Positions 15,205-30,619 of a DNA stretch of 64,000 bases are shown here, piece by piece. Numbering within the stretch: the stretch's first letter is position 1; each line of letters begins with the position of its first letter. The position numbers were made by a program, and so were the translations under genes. The notes below the pieces were generated by a model. That model was not told the DNA's origin. It made no database searches and saw nothing but the letters and a program-made list of their open reading frames with translations. The DNA is from the human T2T-CHM13v2.0 reference genome, Homo sapiens. The stretch is from the NCBI RefSeq assembly GCF_009914755.1, contig NC_060931.1. One strand, given 5' to 3'.

Positions 15205-16245
15205 GTCTTGGGCTTTTCTTTGTTAAAAGGTTTTTATTACTACCCCAATCTTTTTATTTGTAATTGGTCTATTCAGGCTTTTTATTTCTTCTTAGAAGTG
15301 GTAAATTGTATGTTCCTAGGAATTTATTTATTTCTTCCAGGTTATCAATTTTGTTGGCACAAAATTGTTGATAATTTTATCTGTTATCCTTTTTTATGTG
15401 AAGCATCTTTGTAATGTCTTCTCTTTCATTTCTGATTTTATTTGAATCTTCTTTTTCCTTAGCTACTGTAGCTAAGGATTTGAGAATTTTGTTTATTTTT
15501 TTGTCAATAAATCATGTCTTAGTTTTGTTGATTTTTCAATAGTTAATTCTCTATTTGATTTATTTCTCCTCTAATATTTATTATTTCCTTCCTTCTGCTA
15601 ACTTTGAGCTGAGTTTTTTCTTTATTTTCCAGTTTCTTGAGCTGTAAAGTGAGATTTTTTCATTCGAAATCTCTCTTGTTGCTTAATGTAGGCAATTATT
15701 GCTATAAAGTTTCCTTTTATTCATGCATTTGCTGTATCCCATAAATTTTAGTAGGTTGTGGTCTTGTTTTTACTCATCTTGAGATATTTCAAAAATTCAC
15801 TTTTGATTTTCTCTTTGACTGGTGTTTGTTCAAGAATGTGTTAATCAGTTTCCACATATTTGTATTTGTTTTCTCATGGTTATTGAATTTTAATTTCATT
15901 CCATTGTGTTTGAAAAAGGTACTTAGTATGATGTTGATTTTCTTAAATTTGTTCACTTATTTTTTGACCTAACGTGATCTATTCTGGAGAATGTTTCATG
16001 TGCACTTGAGAAGAAAGTATACTCAGTTGCTGTTGGATGAAATGTTTTACAGATGTCTGTTAAGGCCATTTGGTCCTTAGTGTTGTTCAAGTCCATCCTT
16101 TCTGCATTAATTTTCTATCTGGATGTTCCATTTATTACTGAAACTGGAGTATTCAAGTCTTCTGCTATTACTCTATTGCTGTAAATTTCTTCTTTCATAT
16201 CTGTCAATGTTTGCTTTGCATATTTACGTGTTCTGAAGTTGGGCA

Positions 16246-16326
16246 TATATATATATGCCCACACACACACATATATATACACACACACACATATATATAT
16301 AGCGTTTATATACATATATATATATG
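16246..16326. repeat. Compound (TA)/(CA) microsatellite
   Basis: Alternating short TA and CA runs. Confidence 0.85.
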
Positions 16327-16384
16327 TTGTATCTTCCTGTTGAGTTGACCCATATTTTATTATGTGATGATCTTCTTTGTCTCT

Positions 16385-17025
16385 GAGAGTGTAAATTAGT
16401 TCCACCATTGTGGAAGACAGTGTGGTGATTCCTCAAGGATCTAGAACCGGAAATTCCATTTAACCCAGCAATCTCATTACTGGGTATATACCCAAAGAAC
16501 TATAAACCATTCTACTATAAAGACACATGCACACATATTTAATAGTGTTTATTGCAGCACCATTACAATAGCAAAGACTTGGAACCAACCCAAATGCCCA
16601 TCGATGATAGACTGGATAAAGAAAATGTGGCACATATACACCATGGAATACTATGCCACCATAGTGGCATAAAAAAGAATGAGTTCATGTCCTTTGCAAG
16701 GACATAGATGAAGCTGGAAACCACCATCTTCAGCAAGCTAACACAGGAACAGAAAACCAAACACCTCATGTTCTCACTCGTAAGTGCGAGTTGAACAATG
16801 AGAACACGTGGAACCAGGGAGGGGAACATCACACATGGGGGCCTGTCGGGGGGTGAGGGGAAAGGGGAGGGAGAGAATTAGGACAAATACCTAATGCATG
16901 CAAGGTTTAAAATGTAAATGATGGGTTGCTAGGTACAGCAAACCACCATGGCACATGTATAACTATGTAACAAACCTGCACGCTCTGCACATGTATCTCA
17001 GAACTTAAAGTAAAAGTTTAAAAAG
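16385..17025 (+). mobile_element. L1PA8-like 3' end, 5'-truncated
   Basis: ORF2 C-terminus plus 3' UTR with ggacaaatacctaatgcatgc and cagaacttaaagtaaaa. Confidence 0.85.
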
Positions 17026-18189
17026 GGAGTAGTTTACTTAAAGTCTACTTTTTCTGATGCAAGTGTAACCCTTCCTGCTTTATTTTGGTTGTCATGTGCA
17101 TGAAATATGTTTTACCATACCTTCACTTTTAGATTGTGTGTGTCCTTGAATGAATAGTGTTTTTCTTTTAAACGGCATATAGTTGGATCTTGATTTTTAA
17201 AAATCCATTTAGCCTCTCTGTTGTTTTTATTCAGGACTTAGTGCAATTGCATTTAAGTAATTATTGCTTAGAAATAATTTACTGTTGTCATTTTGTTAAT
17301 GGCTTTCTGTTTGTCTTGTTCTTTTGCCTTTTTTTTCTCATGCTGCCTCCTTTGTCTTTCATGTTTTTATTAATTGGTCTCACTCCTTATTCTTTTTTCT
17401 CTTGGATAACTTCATATGGTTTTTCTTTCTGGTTACTAAAGGGACTTACATAAAATATGTTACAGTTATAATTGTCTTTTTTTTAGAGGATAATGTCTAC
17501 CTACCTTCCCGTGTATCTATCTTCCCGTGCCAGCATCCTCTTTATACCTTTTCTCCCCCCCACAGTGTAAGTTATTGATATCACAATTTATAACTAGCTA
17601 TATGAGTACCCATTAACATAATTTTTAATAATTGTTTTTAGTACATTTATCTTCTGACTTTTATATTAGGATTACCATTTACTAACCACTGTTACAGTAA
17701 TATCTTTTTTGTCTGTATAATTACCTTTGCCAATTACTTTCATACTTTCTTATTTATTTATTTGATACATATTTTCCTGTTTCTTAATTTTTTTGGATTC
17801 TTTGTGTTGGTTTATGTACGTTAGGTAAGACAACTGCCTCTCTTAGTCTTACCAGTCTGGACTCATGTCAGAGATGGATCTCAGCAGTCAACCCAGCAGG
17901 AAATTGCAGGTGCCACTCCAAATTTTGTGAATTGTCTAAGCCACTGTCTTTATTATTAGGGATTCCTAGGAAATTAGGATGTGTCAAGTCTCATTGGTGC
18001 CCCCAAGACATATGGGATAAAAGTCTTTTCTTAAAGGTGCAGCTGGAACAGGGGGTGATAGATCAATGCTCTACTTTTTTCCATCAGGAAGATGATGAGA
18101 GCTTTAGTTCATCTACCATTTGTTCTGCACTTCACCTTCTAGAGCTCAATTATGAGAGTATGTTTAACGTTTTATGATAGATGATAAAA

Positions 18190-19660
18190 ATATTTTATAG
18201 TACATTCTTTAATCTGATAATTCCAGCATCAGAGTCACTGTTATGTTTATTGTCTCTTCCCTTGAAAACTAGTCACATTCTCTAGTTCTTTTGATATTGA
18301 GTCATTTTAGAATGCATTCTGGATATTGGCAAATGATATAGACAGCATTGATGTATTCATTTAGCAAGGAATAAGCTGGGTTAAAATTAGACTGTAGTTT
18401 TGTCTTGCCTTCTGCAGGTGCTGGTATGAGTTTCAGTTCAGTTCTCTAAACATTCGTTATACTTGTTTAGGTCTAACAAGTGCACGCATGCATCAGCTGT
18501 TACACTGAAACTTAGGTAGATAGTTAAAATCTCAGTTCTGTGCTCTAAGCCTTTGATATGCTGCTTGGAGTCTGTTCCAAAAAATTATTTCTCTAATGTG
18601 AAGTGCTTCCTTTTCCTCTTTTTGTTCTAGTGATAAAAGTGAATTTAGTTTTAGAATTTTAGCCACGTGTGCTATCCTGATGCTCTGCAAACAGGGTCTA
18701 TCCTCAAGGAAAAGACACAAGACAAGAAAACCTATGCAGGTGGCTTTCTCAGGTTTAAACTCACATCTGTAATCTGCCTGCATTTATGTACTTTTCAGTG
18801 TCCTCAGGGAGTTGTTTGTTATATTCTATTTAGGGGTTTTAGTTAAGGTCGGTGGGCAGTGTGGCCCCAGTAGAACCAAAAATGTTCATTGCTTTTTACT
18901 GTTATTACTATTTATTTGGTGAGATTTTCTATATATTTATTCATTGTGAACATATTTCATTTTTTTCATGAGAACAGTTATATCAACCACTGTAAAATCC
19001 TTGTCAACTAACTCCAATAGCTGTTTTGTCTTGAGGTCACACTTGTTTGATTTTCTTTCCCTCTGAGAATGTATTCCATTTTCTTTGGTTTCCTGTGTTA
19101 GATAATTTTGAATTGTATTCCAGCTGTCATGAATGCTAACTTGTAAAGATTTTAAAATCTGGTTTTATTCAATGGTGGCTTTTTTTTCCTTTTGTGTAAA
19201 CAGTCAATTAACGTGGTCTAGTTTTTATGGCAATTCTATTTATTGGGTGGCAACTTGAGTCTCAGTTCTGAATTTTTGTCCATAAGAAACTTTTAGTCTT
19301 TTTCTTATACCCACGGTTCAGTGATCAATCAGATTTGTGGGTAGAATAAATCTGTGGAGTCCTTCTTGGCCCTTTCTCTTCTGAGTTCCCCTCACTATTT
19401 GATTCCCTGGTGTGAGTTTGCTGGTCTCCCAGCTGCAAAGACTATGGGGTTTTCTTTAATGATTTATCCTGCCTCTATCTCTACACATCATGCCCATGTT
19501 TTAGGCCTAAAAATTCAAAATGAGAAACATATACTATGCAAGTTGACTTCCCTCTCTTACAGGGTTCTCCCAAGCAGATTCTGTTTAGTCCTATTTGCAC
19601 TGCATTTTCTACAAGTACTTGCTATTATATTGTGTCTAGAATTCTAATTGTTTTCTAGGG
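18190..19660 (-). mobile_element. Very old L1 (L1ME/L1M4-type) 5'-region fragments, two similar units
   Basis: ctgataattccagcatc at about 18213 and aactaactccaatagc at about 19007, each followed by L1 5'-UTR-like antisense sequence. Confidence 0.5.
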
Positions 19661-19740
19661 GTGAAAAAAACCTTGAGTGGGGGTTGTAATCCGTTGTTAT
19701 TAGCCAAACCTGATTTAAAAAAAAAATGCAAGAGTTAATT

Positions 19741-20203
19741 CCCAATAGCAAAGATATGGAATCAACCTATGAACCCATCAATTGATGAATTGATATAGAA
19801 AATGTGGTACATATACATAATGGAATACTATTTGGTCATGAAAAGAATAAAATCATGTCATTTGCAGCAACATAGATGGAACTGGTGGCCATAAGTTTTA
19901 GTGAAATAAGCCAGACACATGTTATCATTCATATGTGGGAGCTAAATAGTTGATCTTATAGACACAGAGAACAAAATGATAGATATCAGAATCTGGGAAG
20001 CATGACGGGGGTGTGGATGAAGACAGATTGATTATCAGTACAAACATACAGTTAGATAGAAGAAATAAGACCCAATATTTGATAGTGAACTCAGATGACT
20101 ATACTTAGCAAAAATATTGTGTCTATTTCAAAATAACTAGAAGAGAGGACTTTAAATAATACCAAAACAAAAAATGATAAGCACTCAAGGTGATGGATAA
20201 CAC
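19741..20203 (+). mobile_element. L1MA (MA4-like) 3' region
   Basis: caatagcaaagatatggaatcaacct ... tacaaacatacagttagatagaagaaataag ... atttcaaaataactagaagagagga. Confidence 0.85.
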
Positions 20204-21096
20204 CAAAAAATATTTTTGAGGGGCTAAAAATGAAATATCTAAAATACATAAGTAAAAATTGTGAGATATTATCAGAGAAAGTGTTCTAGACATCTTGTAT
20301 TGTTTAGGAGAATGAAAAAGATACTGAGTTTTTCGTGAACATGAGAGTTAAATATTATGGTAAATACAAAAGTAATAGAAGTAGAGTGGGCTTACCTGTT
20401 TGACAAATTCTTCTTTTATGAGATTATTACTGAGTCTATAAAAGTAATCCAGCTATAAAACAACAACAACAACAAAAAAAAACAAGTGTTGTGATGCTGA
20501 TAAAATAAACAAATGAGGAGTTATTTAGGAAAGCATGTTGAAAATTTGAATGCTCAAAAAAATCATTTGGTCTATTCTTAATATATTGTTTTTGTTATTT
20601 AGTTGTATTTTTATTAAATTCTGATCAGTGAACACAATCTACATGATCACTGCTCATGTAATTTATGCGTATTTCTTTTTTGACCCAAAGATAATTTTTA
20701 TAACTATCCTATGTAAGTTTAAAAAGAAACTGTATATTCGTAAATGCCATGTTCTCTTTCAGCATCTATTACTTGCCTATGTATCTATATATCTATCATA
20801 CTTGCTAAATGTATAAATTACATACTCTGTATCCCATATTTTTGTTAATATACATGCATTTCAAATGCCTGAAACACGTTTTATTGGAGTTTAATACTAC
20901 AAATGTGGATGTACCTTTTTCTATTGCATTTTGCTTTTGAATCTATGTTGTGTTAATAAAAGTTTATGGTTTCATGTCTTTTTGGTGGGTTTTTAAAATT
21001 GTTCCCATATAATGTTTTTCTCCTTAATATTTACTTTTATCTGATAATAATATGACCAACTATTTTTTCTTTATTGCTACGTATGTTTCTCTATTT

Positions 21097-21377
21097 TTCT
21101 TTTTTCTTTTTCTTTCTTTTTTTTTTTTTTACAGTGGCATGATATTGGCTAACTGCAATCTCTATCTCCCAGGTTCAAGCAATTCTCATGCCTTAGCCTC
21201 CCAAGTAGCTGGGATAACATATGTGCACCACCACGCCCAGCTATTTTTTTCTATTTTTAGTAGAGACAGGGTTTCACTGTGTTGGCCAGGCTGGTCCCAA
21301 ACTCCTGGCCTCAAGTGATCTGTTGGCATCAGCTTCCCAAAGTGTTGGCATTACAGGCGTGACCACCAGGCCTGGCC
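21097..21377 (-). mobile_element. AluJ/S element lacking about 35 nt next to its tail
   Basis: Poly-T joins directly to acagtggcatgat; short TSD TCTATTT at 21090-21096 and 21378-21384. Confidence 0.85.
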
Positions 21378-21479
21378 TCTATTTCTTTATTTTGATCTTT
21401 TGTTGTTATATTCTTTTAGAAAACTGTTTATAAATATATGTTATTATAAACTTATCTGATCCATTTTTAAAATTTTCAA

Positions 21480-23403
<1,924 letters not shown>

Positions 23404-23429
23404 TGAATAATTTTTTTTTATTTTTTACA

Positions 23430-23960
23430 AATAGACGCATAAATGTGCCTTTCAAAAATTTAATTTTTGTTTACATATAAGAGAGAATAGCATCATGCTT
23501 TTCTTTACTCACAAAATATTTGGGTGTCACCTCAAATCAGCATTTACTAAAGTCCTTCATTATCTTTTCACAGTTGCATTGAACTTCATTTTATAGATGC
23601 ACTGTAATTTATTCAATAAGTCTCCAAGTAGTGGTAAATTGCTGTTACAAGCAAAGCCTCAGCAGATAAGCTTAAGGAAAAGTAACTTTCTACTTGGCAT
23701 AGATTTCTAGACATGGATTGCTTTATAAGAAGTAAATACTCATTTAATTTTGCTAACTATTACCAAAGTGCCAAAGTGTTCTCAACAGCAGGTATATGAT
23801 TTTTCACTCCCATCAGGAATTGTAGATGTCTCTTTCTTCAAATTCTTACCAGAAAATGCTGTTGAGATTTAGTTTTTGATAATGTAAAGGATGAAAAAAT
23901 GGTAACTTATGTAGTTCAAATTTCTATTTCTCTTTGAGTGAGGAAACACATCTTTTTCTT
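23430..23960 (-). mobile_element. L1ME-type fragment
   Basis: Degraded antisense L1 ORF2-end/3' UTR motifs. Confidence 0.45.
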
Positions 23961-23987
23961 GAAAAATTGGTCTTTTTCTAAATTAGC

Positions 23988-24172
23988 AGGTTTTATTTTT
24001 TAGAACAGTTAAAGACTTATAGAAAAATTGAGCAGAAAGTACAGAGAGATTTTCCTCTTGCCTCATCACATGCACATAGTTTCTCTCTTAGCATCTGGGA
24101 TTATTGCAGTACATTTGCTACAATAGATTACAAACACTGATATATTACTACTGACTTAAGGCCATAGTTCAC
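23988..24172 (-). mobile_element. L1MC1/2-type extreme 3' end
   Basis: ttttattttttagaacagtt...aaaattgagcagaaagtacagagag...gtacatttgctacaat. Confidence 0.75.
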
Positions 24173-25346
24173 ACATATATATTCCATATTTAAAATTTTT
24201 ATTGTGACTAGCTTGATTTAAATCAAATCAATACAAACTACATTTTGAATGTTGCTGGGGGCAAAAAAAGAGATAAGCAGTCACTTCCAAAGCAAAAAAA
24301 GTTTAAAAGACACATTTCCAGGAAGGCAATATATTGTACATGTTAATAAGTTGTGGAAGGCGAAAGCAAATAGTGATTTAAAATATGATCTTATAATTGA
24401 AAACCACAAGGGCAGCAGCTTTCACCTGGAGGCCTTGATTTGTAATTAAAATGACTCCCCCATGAGCCACTTCACATGGCATGCTACACAAGTTAGATAC
24501 CAACAGAGATTTATTTATTTAATCATAGCTAATGATTTTCTAGAGACTCTCCAAATAAATACATGATGTATGGCCGGTTATCCATATGTAAAAATCAAAA
24601 ATTAAGTCTAGTATTAATTTTCTTCACCTTAAGCATTATCTGATGTCAATGTCTGGGTCACAGGGGGCAGCTCAGCTCATGCTCTGCTTTATTTTACATC
24701 CTTTCTGTTGTCACATGTTCCTACTGATTTCCTGACTTTTACAGCCTCTAAAAACTTTATCCTAAAAATAAAGATCCCTGGAGCAACTGGAAGAGCAAAG
24801 CAAATCCTATTTAGAAGGGAGGCTTCAACTAATTTCTTTTAAGGTTTCTTCTGATAAGGTATAGACCAACTTAAGCTCACAATCTAAAATTACAAAACCC
24901 ATAGAGACATGAGGCACAAAGAATGAGGTCCATGAGAAATGATTCCCAATAGGATTAGACCAGTAAGGAATTCAGAATATGGAATTGTGAGATAGATAAT
25001 ATAAATCAGGTGAGTTTGAACGTTTAAAGTAATAACATAGAAGTAAAAAACATAAAAGAAGAACAAGACTATGTTAAGAATGACTGCATCCCTTTTCAAA
25101 GTGATGCATGAAAAGATCACCCAAGATCACTTAAGTACTTAAGCAAATGCACGTGTGTCTGCATTGTCTATTATTTTATTGGCATCCAGACACTGTAGAG
25201 TACATGTTAAATTATAAATTTATTTTGGAAGAAATAGTCCCTGCTTACTGTGTTATTGTCCTTTAATTTTGTTTTGTATTTCACCTAGGGCTTTCATTAC
25301 ATATTTTTTCATTAAATTATTAGTATTATAGTTTTAAAATTAAAAG

Positions 25347-25366
25347 TATATATATATGTATATGTA

Positions 25367-25403
<37 letters not shown>

Positions 25404-25418
25404 GGAGAGAGAGAGAGA
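25347..25418. repeat. Compound (TA)(TG)(TA)(GA) microsatellite
   Basis: Seen directly; lies where MLT2 LTRs usually carry a microsatellite. Confidence 0.9.
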
Positions 25419-25894
25419 TGAAAATCAATTAGAAGAAATTGGCCCACATGATTATGGAGACAGAGATGTTCCAACGTCTGCAGTCAGCAAGCTGGAGACC
25501 TAGCCGAGCTGATGTTTTGTTCCAGTTTCAGAGTGAAACTTTGGGAATCAAGAGGGTTGGTGTTTTCATTTCAAAGGCAAAAGCCAGAAGGCTGAGACTT
25601 CAGAAAGGGTAATGATTCAATCTATATCCAAAGACTCAAAGGACCCAATACTCTAGCTCAAGCCGTCAGGCAAAAGGACATCCCTCTTACTCAGCCTTTT
25701 TGTCCTATTCAGGTCTTCAATTGTTTGAAAGAAGCCCACACACATTAGGAAGGACAATCTGCTTTTACTCAGTCTACTGACTCAAACATTAACCTTATCT
25801 AGAAACATCCTCACAGACAAACCCAACATAATGCTTGGCAGAACTGCAGCATATCCTGGAGCTCAGTCAAGCTGACATATAAAATAATCATCAC
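25419..25894 (-). mobile_element. MLT2B-type ERVL LTR
   Basis: aattggcccacatgattatggag, tctgcagtcagcaagctggagacc, ending cagtcaagctgacatataaaataatcatcac. Confidence 0.85.
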
Positions 25895-26039
25895 TCTCTT
25901 TGAAATAGCCTTACCATTATAGGCTTTATCACATTAATTAATGAGCTAAGTTAAAAAATGACTAATGTTCATATTAACCAATATACGTTTAATTGTAGTT
26001 TCAGTGACATGACAGTAATAATGAAGGTTTTGATAGGAA

Positions 26040-27780
26040 TTGAGAGTTGTTCAACCAAACCCAATTCTCTTCTGCCATCACAATAGAATTAAAGCCAGAC
26101 AAGTGGCTGCATAGTTAATGACTATATAGCCACACCCCAGTGCAGTTTAACGTGGCCACTTGACCAAATCGTTACTAATGAAATGAAGTTAAAGTGACAT
26201 CTGTCATTTCCACGCCTGCACCGTAAGACAGCACACTTATACTTCCATTTACTTTCTCTCTCTAGTGAGCTGTAACATGAATGTATCTGTGACCTGGCTT
26301 TGACAAAGAAGGTGAAGTTAGCTTGCTAAGTCAGAAACGAGATCCAAGGAATACAAAATAAAGTGCCCTGTCTACCTCCCTAGATTTTTTACCTGAGAAA
26401 AATATATAAAATTCCTTGCACTTTTAGACTAAGAAAAAATAATTTATCTGTATTTTAGACTATTTATTTTTTGGTTTCTTCCTTATATAGCTTAGTATTT
26501 ACCCTAACGCACAGATACTTCAGTATTTTTAAGTGAAGGGTGGGGTTGGGAATACACCACCAAAACCTAAGCTATGTAGCATAGACCAAAATAAAGCAGT
26601 GAATAGAGATGAAGCAAATATGACAGCTAGTCAGCTAATGGTACTTACTGATAAGGACTGAGAAATATTTGGGAGAGCTATTTTTTTTAATATAATTTGG
26701 AAGAAGGAATATGTGCCTACCCAAGAAGAAAGCAGCCTCTGTAACTGTATAGTCTCCAAGGGAAACACACACTCCAATTGACAATGTGTATATGGTCAGA
26801 GAGGATAATGAATCGTAAAGAAACTCCCAGAAGGCAAGGCCAATGTCTGCAGCAGACTACGGAGCAGAACACCAGTGTCCAAATGGTCAAAACAAGAAGA
26901 CCCTTCTCAATTTCCAGGTGAGGTGTTACTCAAATTGCTGCTGAGCATAGTTCCTTCATTGATAGGAATCCATTATTGCTGTATGCCTTTTTGGACGTGA
27001 GGTAGGAGATTAGCAGGACTTGCTTACTGGTTATGACTCTGTTGATGGCAGCGGAATCTGGTCAAAGCAGGGTTCAGTGAAGAAGCCTGCTGATACTAAC
27101 AGATGGTAATTGAGGGGACCTCTAGTTGCCCTTCCTGCTCATTAGCATAAGGACACTCCCACCAGCACAATGACATTTTACAAATGCCATGGCCACATGT
27201 CATGGCAACGGCCCAGGAGTTGCCTCATATGGTTCCAGAAACTCCTCTGCCCTTTTCCAGAAAGTTTGGAATAATCTACTTCTTAATTAGCATATAAGTA
27301 AAAGTGGGTATAAATACAGCTAGCTATCAGCCCACAGGTTCCAACTCTGGGCACACTACCTGTGGGTTAGACCTGCTGTGTAAGGAGCAACACCGGTTCA
27401 GTGAAAGTTGCTTTCTCTCACCACCAGCTCACCCTTGAGGGAAGCCAAGAACCCTCCCAGGCTAAGCCCCATTGTGGGAGCTCAATTGCCCTTCATCAGC
27501 ACTAGCTTTATCCCTTTTATGTCTGCTATCTTATTGGTGACCACGTCGTGGGTATTTTGGTAAAGGCAAAGGGTCCTGACTTGTCTTAATAATTTTATCA
27601 GTCCACAGGAGTTATCAGTGAATCACATTTAGGTTCCACTTCTTTGGGGAAGAAATTAGTGTATTCTGTTTTGGGAGGATGATGTACATGAATAATACAA
27701 CTGCCAGAGAGGCAGACTGTGGTAGAATCTGATGGTTATTCATCAGCAAATGTTTTCCCCATCTTTATCCATAGTTATAC
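26040..27780 (+). mobile_element. Ancient MLT1 (J/K-like) MaLR: LTR to about 26513, internal region, start of the second LTR at 27718
   Basis: gtggccacttgaccaaatc...aatgaaatgaagttaaagtgac in the LTR; MaLR internal/LTR junction gccagagaggcagac|tgtggtag. Confidence 0.65.
26998..27498 (+). mobile_element. MER66-like ERV1 solo LTR inserted in the MLT1 internal region
   Basis: tgaggtaggagattagcaggacttg ... gccaagaaccctcccaggctaagcccc ... catca; TATAAA at about 27310. Confidence 0.75.
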
Positions 27781-29589
27781 CTGGTGTAAAAGTAAAACCA
27801 TCCACTCACAGTAGTACTTGCTTAGGAGACATGAAAACTGAGTGCTGTGTTCCTTCTTTCCTTAATTAGCATTACCATGAATGCTTATGACTCCTCACAC
27901 ACTTTACTAGCTCAGAGACTTTTCACTTCAGTGAATTACTAAGTGAATTCCTTTACTGGAGTGTGTTCCTTTGATTATTAAGAAAATAAATGCAGTGTTC
28001 ATCTGTTGTTTACTCCTTATAAGTCTGGAAGTCTCATTAAGATTTTCTTCACCTGGATCACTGAATACTAAGATTGGATATCAAAGAGCACCTCAATTCT
28101 ACTATCCTGAGTTTGCGGCTTTATGTGAAGAAATAAATGAATGTGACAGTGCTCTTTTTTGCTCTCTGAATTTTCACTTGGAGTGATACACTATGTGACT
28201 TTGGTGTGATTCTGAGTTATTGGCTGAACTTCGAACACTTGTGTATTGTCTAGTTATCTATTTCTTATAGGCAGGATGCTTGTCTTTCCTCCATCACTGG
28301 TAAGCCTATTTTCTAGATACAAAGGAAACCTCTGTGTTGCTCTCTTGAACTTGTCAACTGTGAGCTGGAGCCAGTTAACACTCCCCCTTCATACATGGAG
28401 ATTCGTTGTAACTCCAATTCCTGTATCCATACGGTAGTGTGTCAAATTTTTACTAAGATCATTTTTAATTATAATGGTTAGAAAGGAAAACTGCATTTTC
28501 TAAGATTTCTCACCCCTCTGGAGTTCTAGAACAAAAAGGGAAAAAAGTGTTTTGATTCTACTGTATCAATTTCTTTTTTTTGGTGGTGGAATATGGAGTA
28601 TGTATTTATAAGTTTTATTTCAAATAGACTCACCTGAAATCAAGATGAGAAAATCCATTGCATTACAAGACTTCTTAAAGGACAAAATGCTACAATGCTC
28701 ATCTATTTATAAATTAATAAGTATATATAAAATTTAATTTCTAATGCTCTAGATGTGTTGACATTTTAAAAATTCTGATTGTCATTCTGATTATTAAATT
28801 CTCCAACTCAATGATTATTCCTTATTTTTATGGTTATCTCTCATGGAAGATTTTACTAATTGTTTTTCCAAAATTCAGACCCAAAATTCAAAACATTAGA
28901 ATATTCAAGGTTTATTTTATGCTTAAAACATCTTCAAAGTTTTCTCATTGTCCACTGGACAGCCATAAAAATTTGCCCTTTGTATGAAAAAGGAGGGATA
29001 ATATAATTAGGATATTTTTTGGCATTTCACAAATGTTAGTAGTTCAACACTACTGTAAGAAGCTTTTCCAAAATTCATTCAATTATTATAGAGATATTTA
29101 GCCTTCCTAGAAGTAACCATAGCTTAGCAATTTATTATATAAATATATTTCATTGATTTGTGCTTTTTACATTGAGAAAAGGCACGCTGGTCTTCTATTA
29201 CAAAGGACCAATACAAAGCTGCCTACAGTCTTTCATTTAAAAAAGAATCTGCATCTAGGTTTAATACAGGTCAATAGTAATACACTTTAAGCAAAATGTA
29301 AAGGTTCTAGAAAATTTTTCAATGTTCAAAATGTCTATAACATAGTGTTATTCAATGGTAATTTTTAACTGCATTTTTATAAACTGTCAAACAGTGTAAC
29401 TCAATAATTTTATTTCACACTTTCTGCCTTTATTAGCTATTAATAAATTAATAAATTAACCAGTCTTAGCTCCACAGAGGATTTCCAATTTTTTATACTA
29501 AATTAAAGGCTCTTGATACAACTCCTAAACAGCAAAACAAAAGCCTAAATAATGATCTATTTCATATACTTCTTTTTATATTTTTGCTT

Positions 29590-30230
29590 TTTAGTTTAGA
29601 ACAATCTAAAAAGAACAACCTAAAAAATTTAAAAGTTTAGAACAATCTAAAACAGAAGAGTTTCAGCAACAGTACAAAGAACCATTTTCTGAATAATTGA
29701 AAGTAACTTGTTGACATGATACCTTATACTACCCCTGCCAAATATCTCAGTGTGCATTTTCTACAAACAAGGACAGTCTCCTAGGTAACCACCATGTAAT
29801 AATCAATATCAGAAATGAGCACTGATGCAATACTCATTTCTAATTCTTGGACTGATTGGAGTTTTGCCATTTTCCTTAGAAATGTTTTCAAGCAAAATAT
29901 TTCAGCTGAAAAATCACAACTTGCATTTAGTTTTCATCTTTTTTAGTCATCTTCAATCTTGAATAATCCATCAATCTTCTTTTACGTCAGACTTTGGCAC
30001 TTTTAAAAATTGCAGCCTGGTTATTTTATCCAATGTCCTTCAATTTGTGTTTCCATGATGGTACCTCATATTTAGATTCAGGTTATTTGTCTTTGGTAGG
30101 AATATCTCAGAAGTGATACTGTGTTCTCATTAAATTGTCTCCTATGGAACACGGTTACAATTTAGTATTTTATTTATAATCCCTTGATTAAGGGTCAGCC
30201 AGGTTTCTTCACTAAAAGTAATTGATAAGT
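29590..30230 (-). mobile_element. L1MC4-type 3' end
   Basis: cagtgtgcattttctacaaacaaggacagtctcct, ttgcatttagttttcatc, agattcaggttat. Confidence 0.7.
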
Positions 30231-30264
30231 ATTATTTCTCCTTTTTACTTCTTTAATTAATTAA

Positions 30265-30587
30265 TTATTTTAAGTAGCACTTTATTTAAGACTATTGCAA
30301 TAGGTGTCAAGATTATTGGAAGAGGGGAGAGAGACCAGGCTCAGCTTAACTCTAATATGACAAAGATTTATAGCTAACCAGCAGATCGAAGAAGGTGAGT
30401 GGATGGAAAACTACTAAGAGAAACATCAAGGGTAGGGGGGATTCTTACAAAAAAAAAAAACTACTAATCAGGATTTTTGATAAAACTGGACTCAGCAGAT
30501 CAAACACAGAGCCAAAGGATGACGCTAAATTGAAAAGAGGGCACAGAGGATCCCATCTAAATTTTGGTCAAGGACAGATGTTTGCCA
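30265..30587 (-). mobile_element. MER31/MER67-group ERV1 LTR (partial)
   Basis: Reverse strand begins tggcaaacatctgtccttgaccaaaatttag; gactattgcaatagg motif. Confidence 0.7.
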
Positions 30588-30619
30588 GTGTTTGCCTTTG
30601 TGTTTATTCATAGAAGTGA

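Noticed and set aside
24720-25015. Plus-strand acceptor/donor motifs
   Set aside because: Several alternative pairings, none compelling; expected by chance
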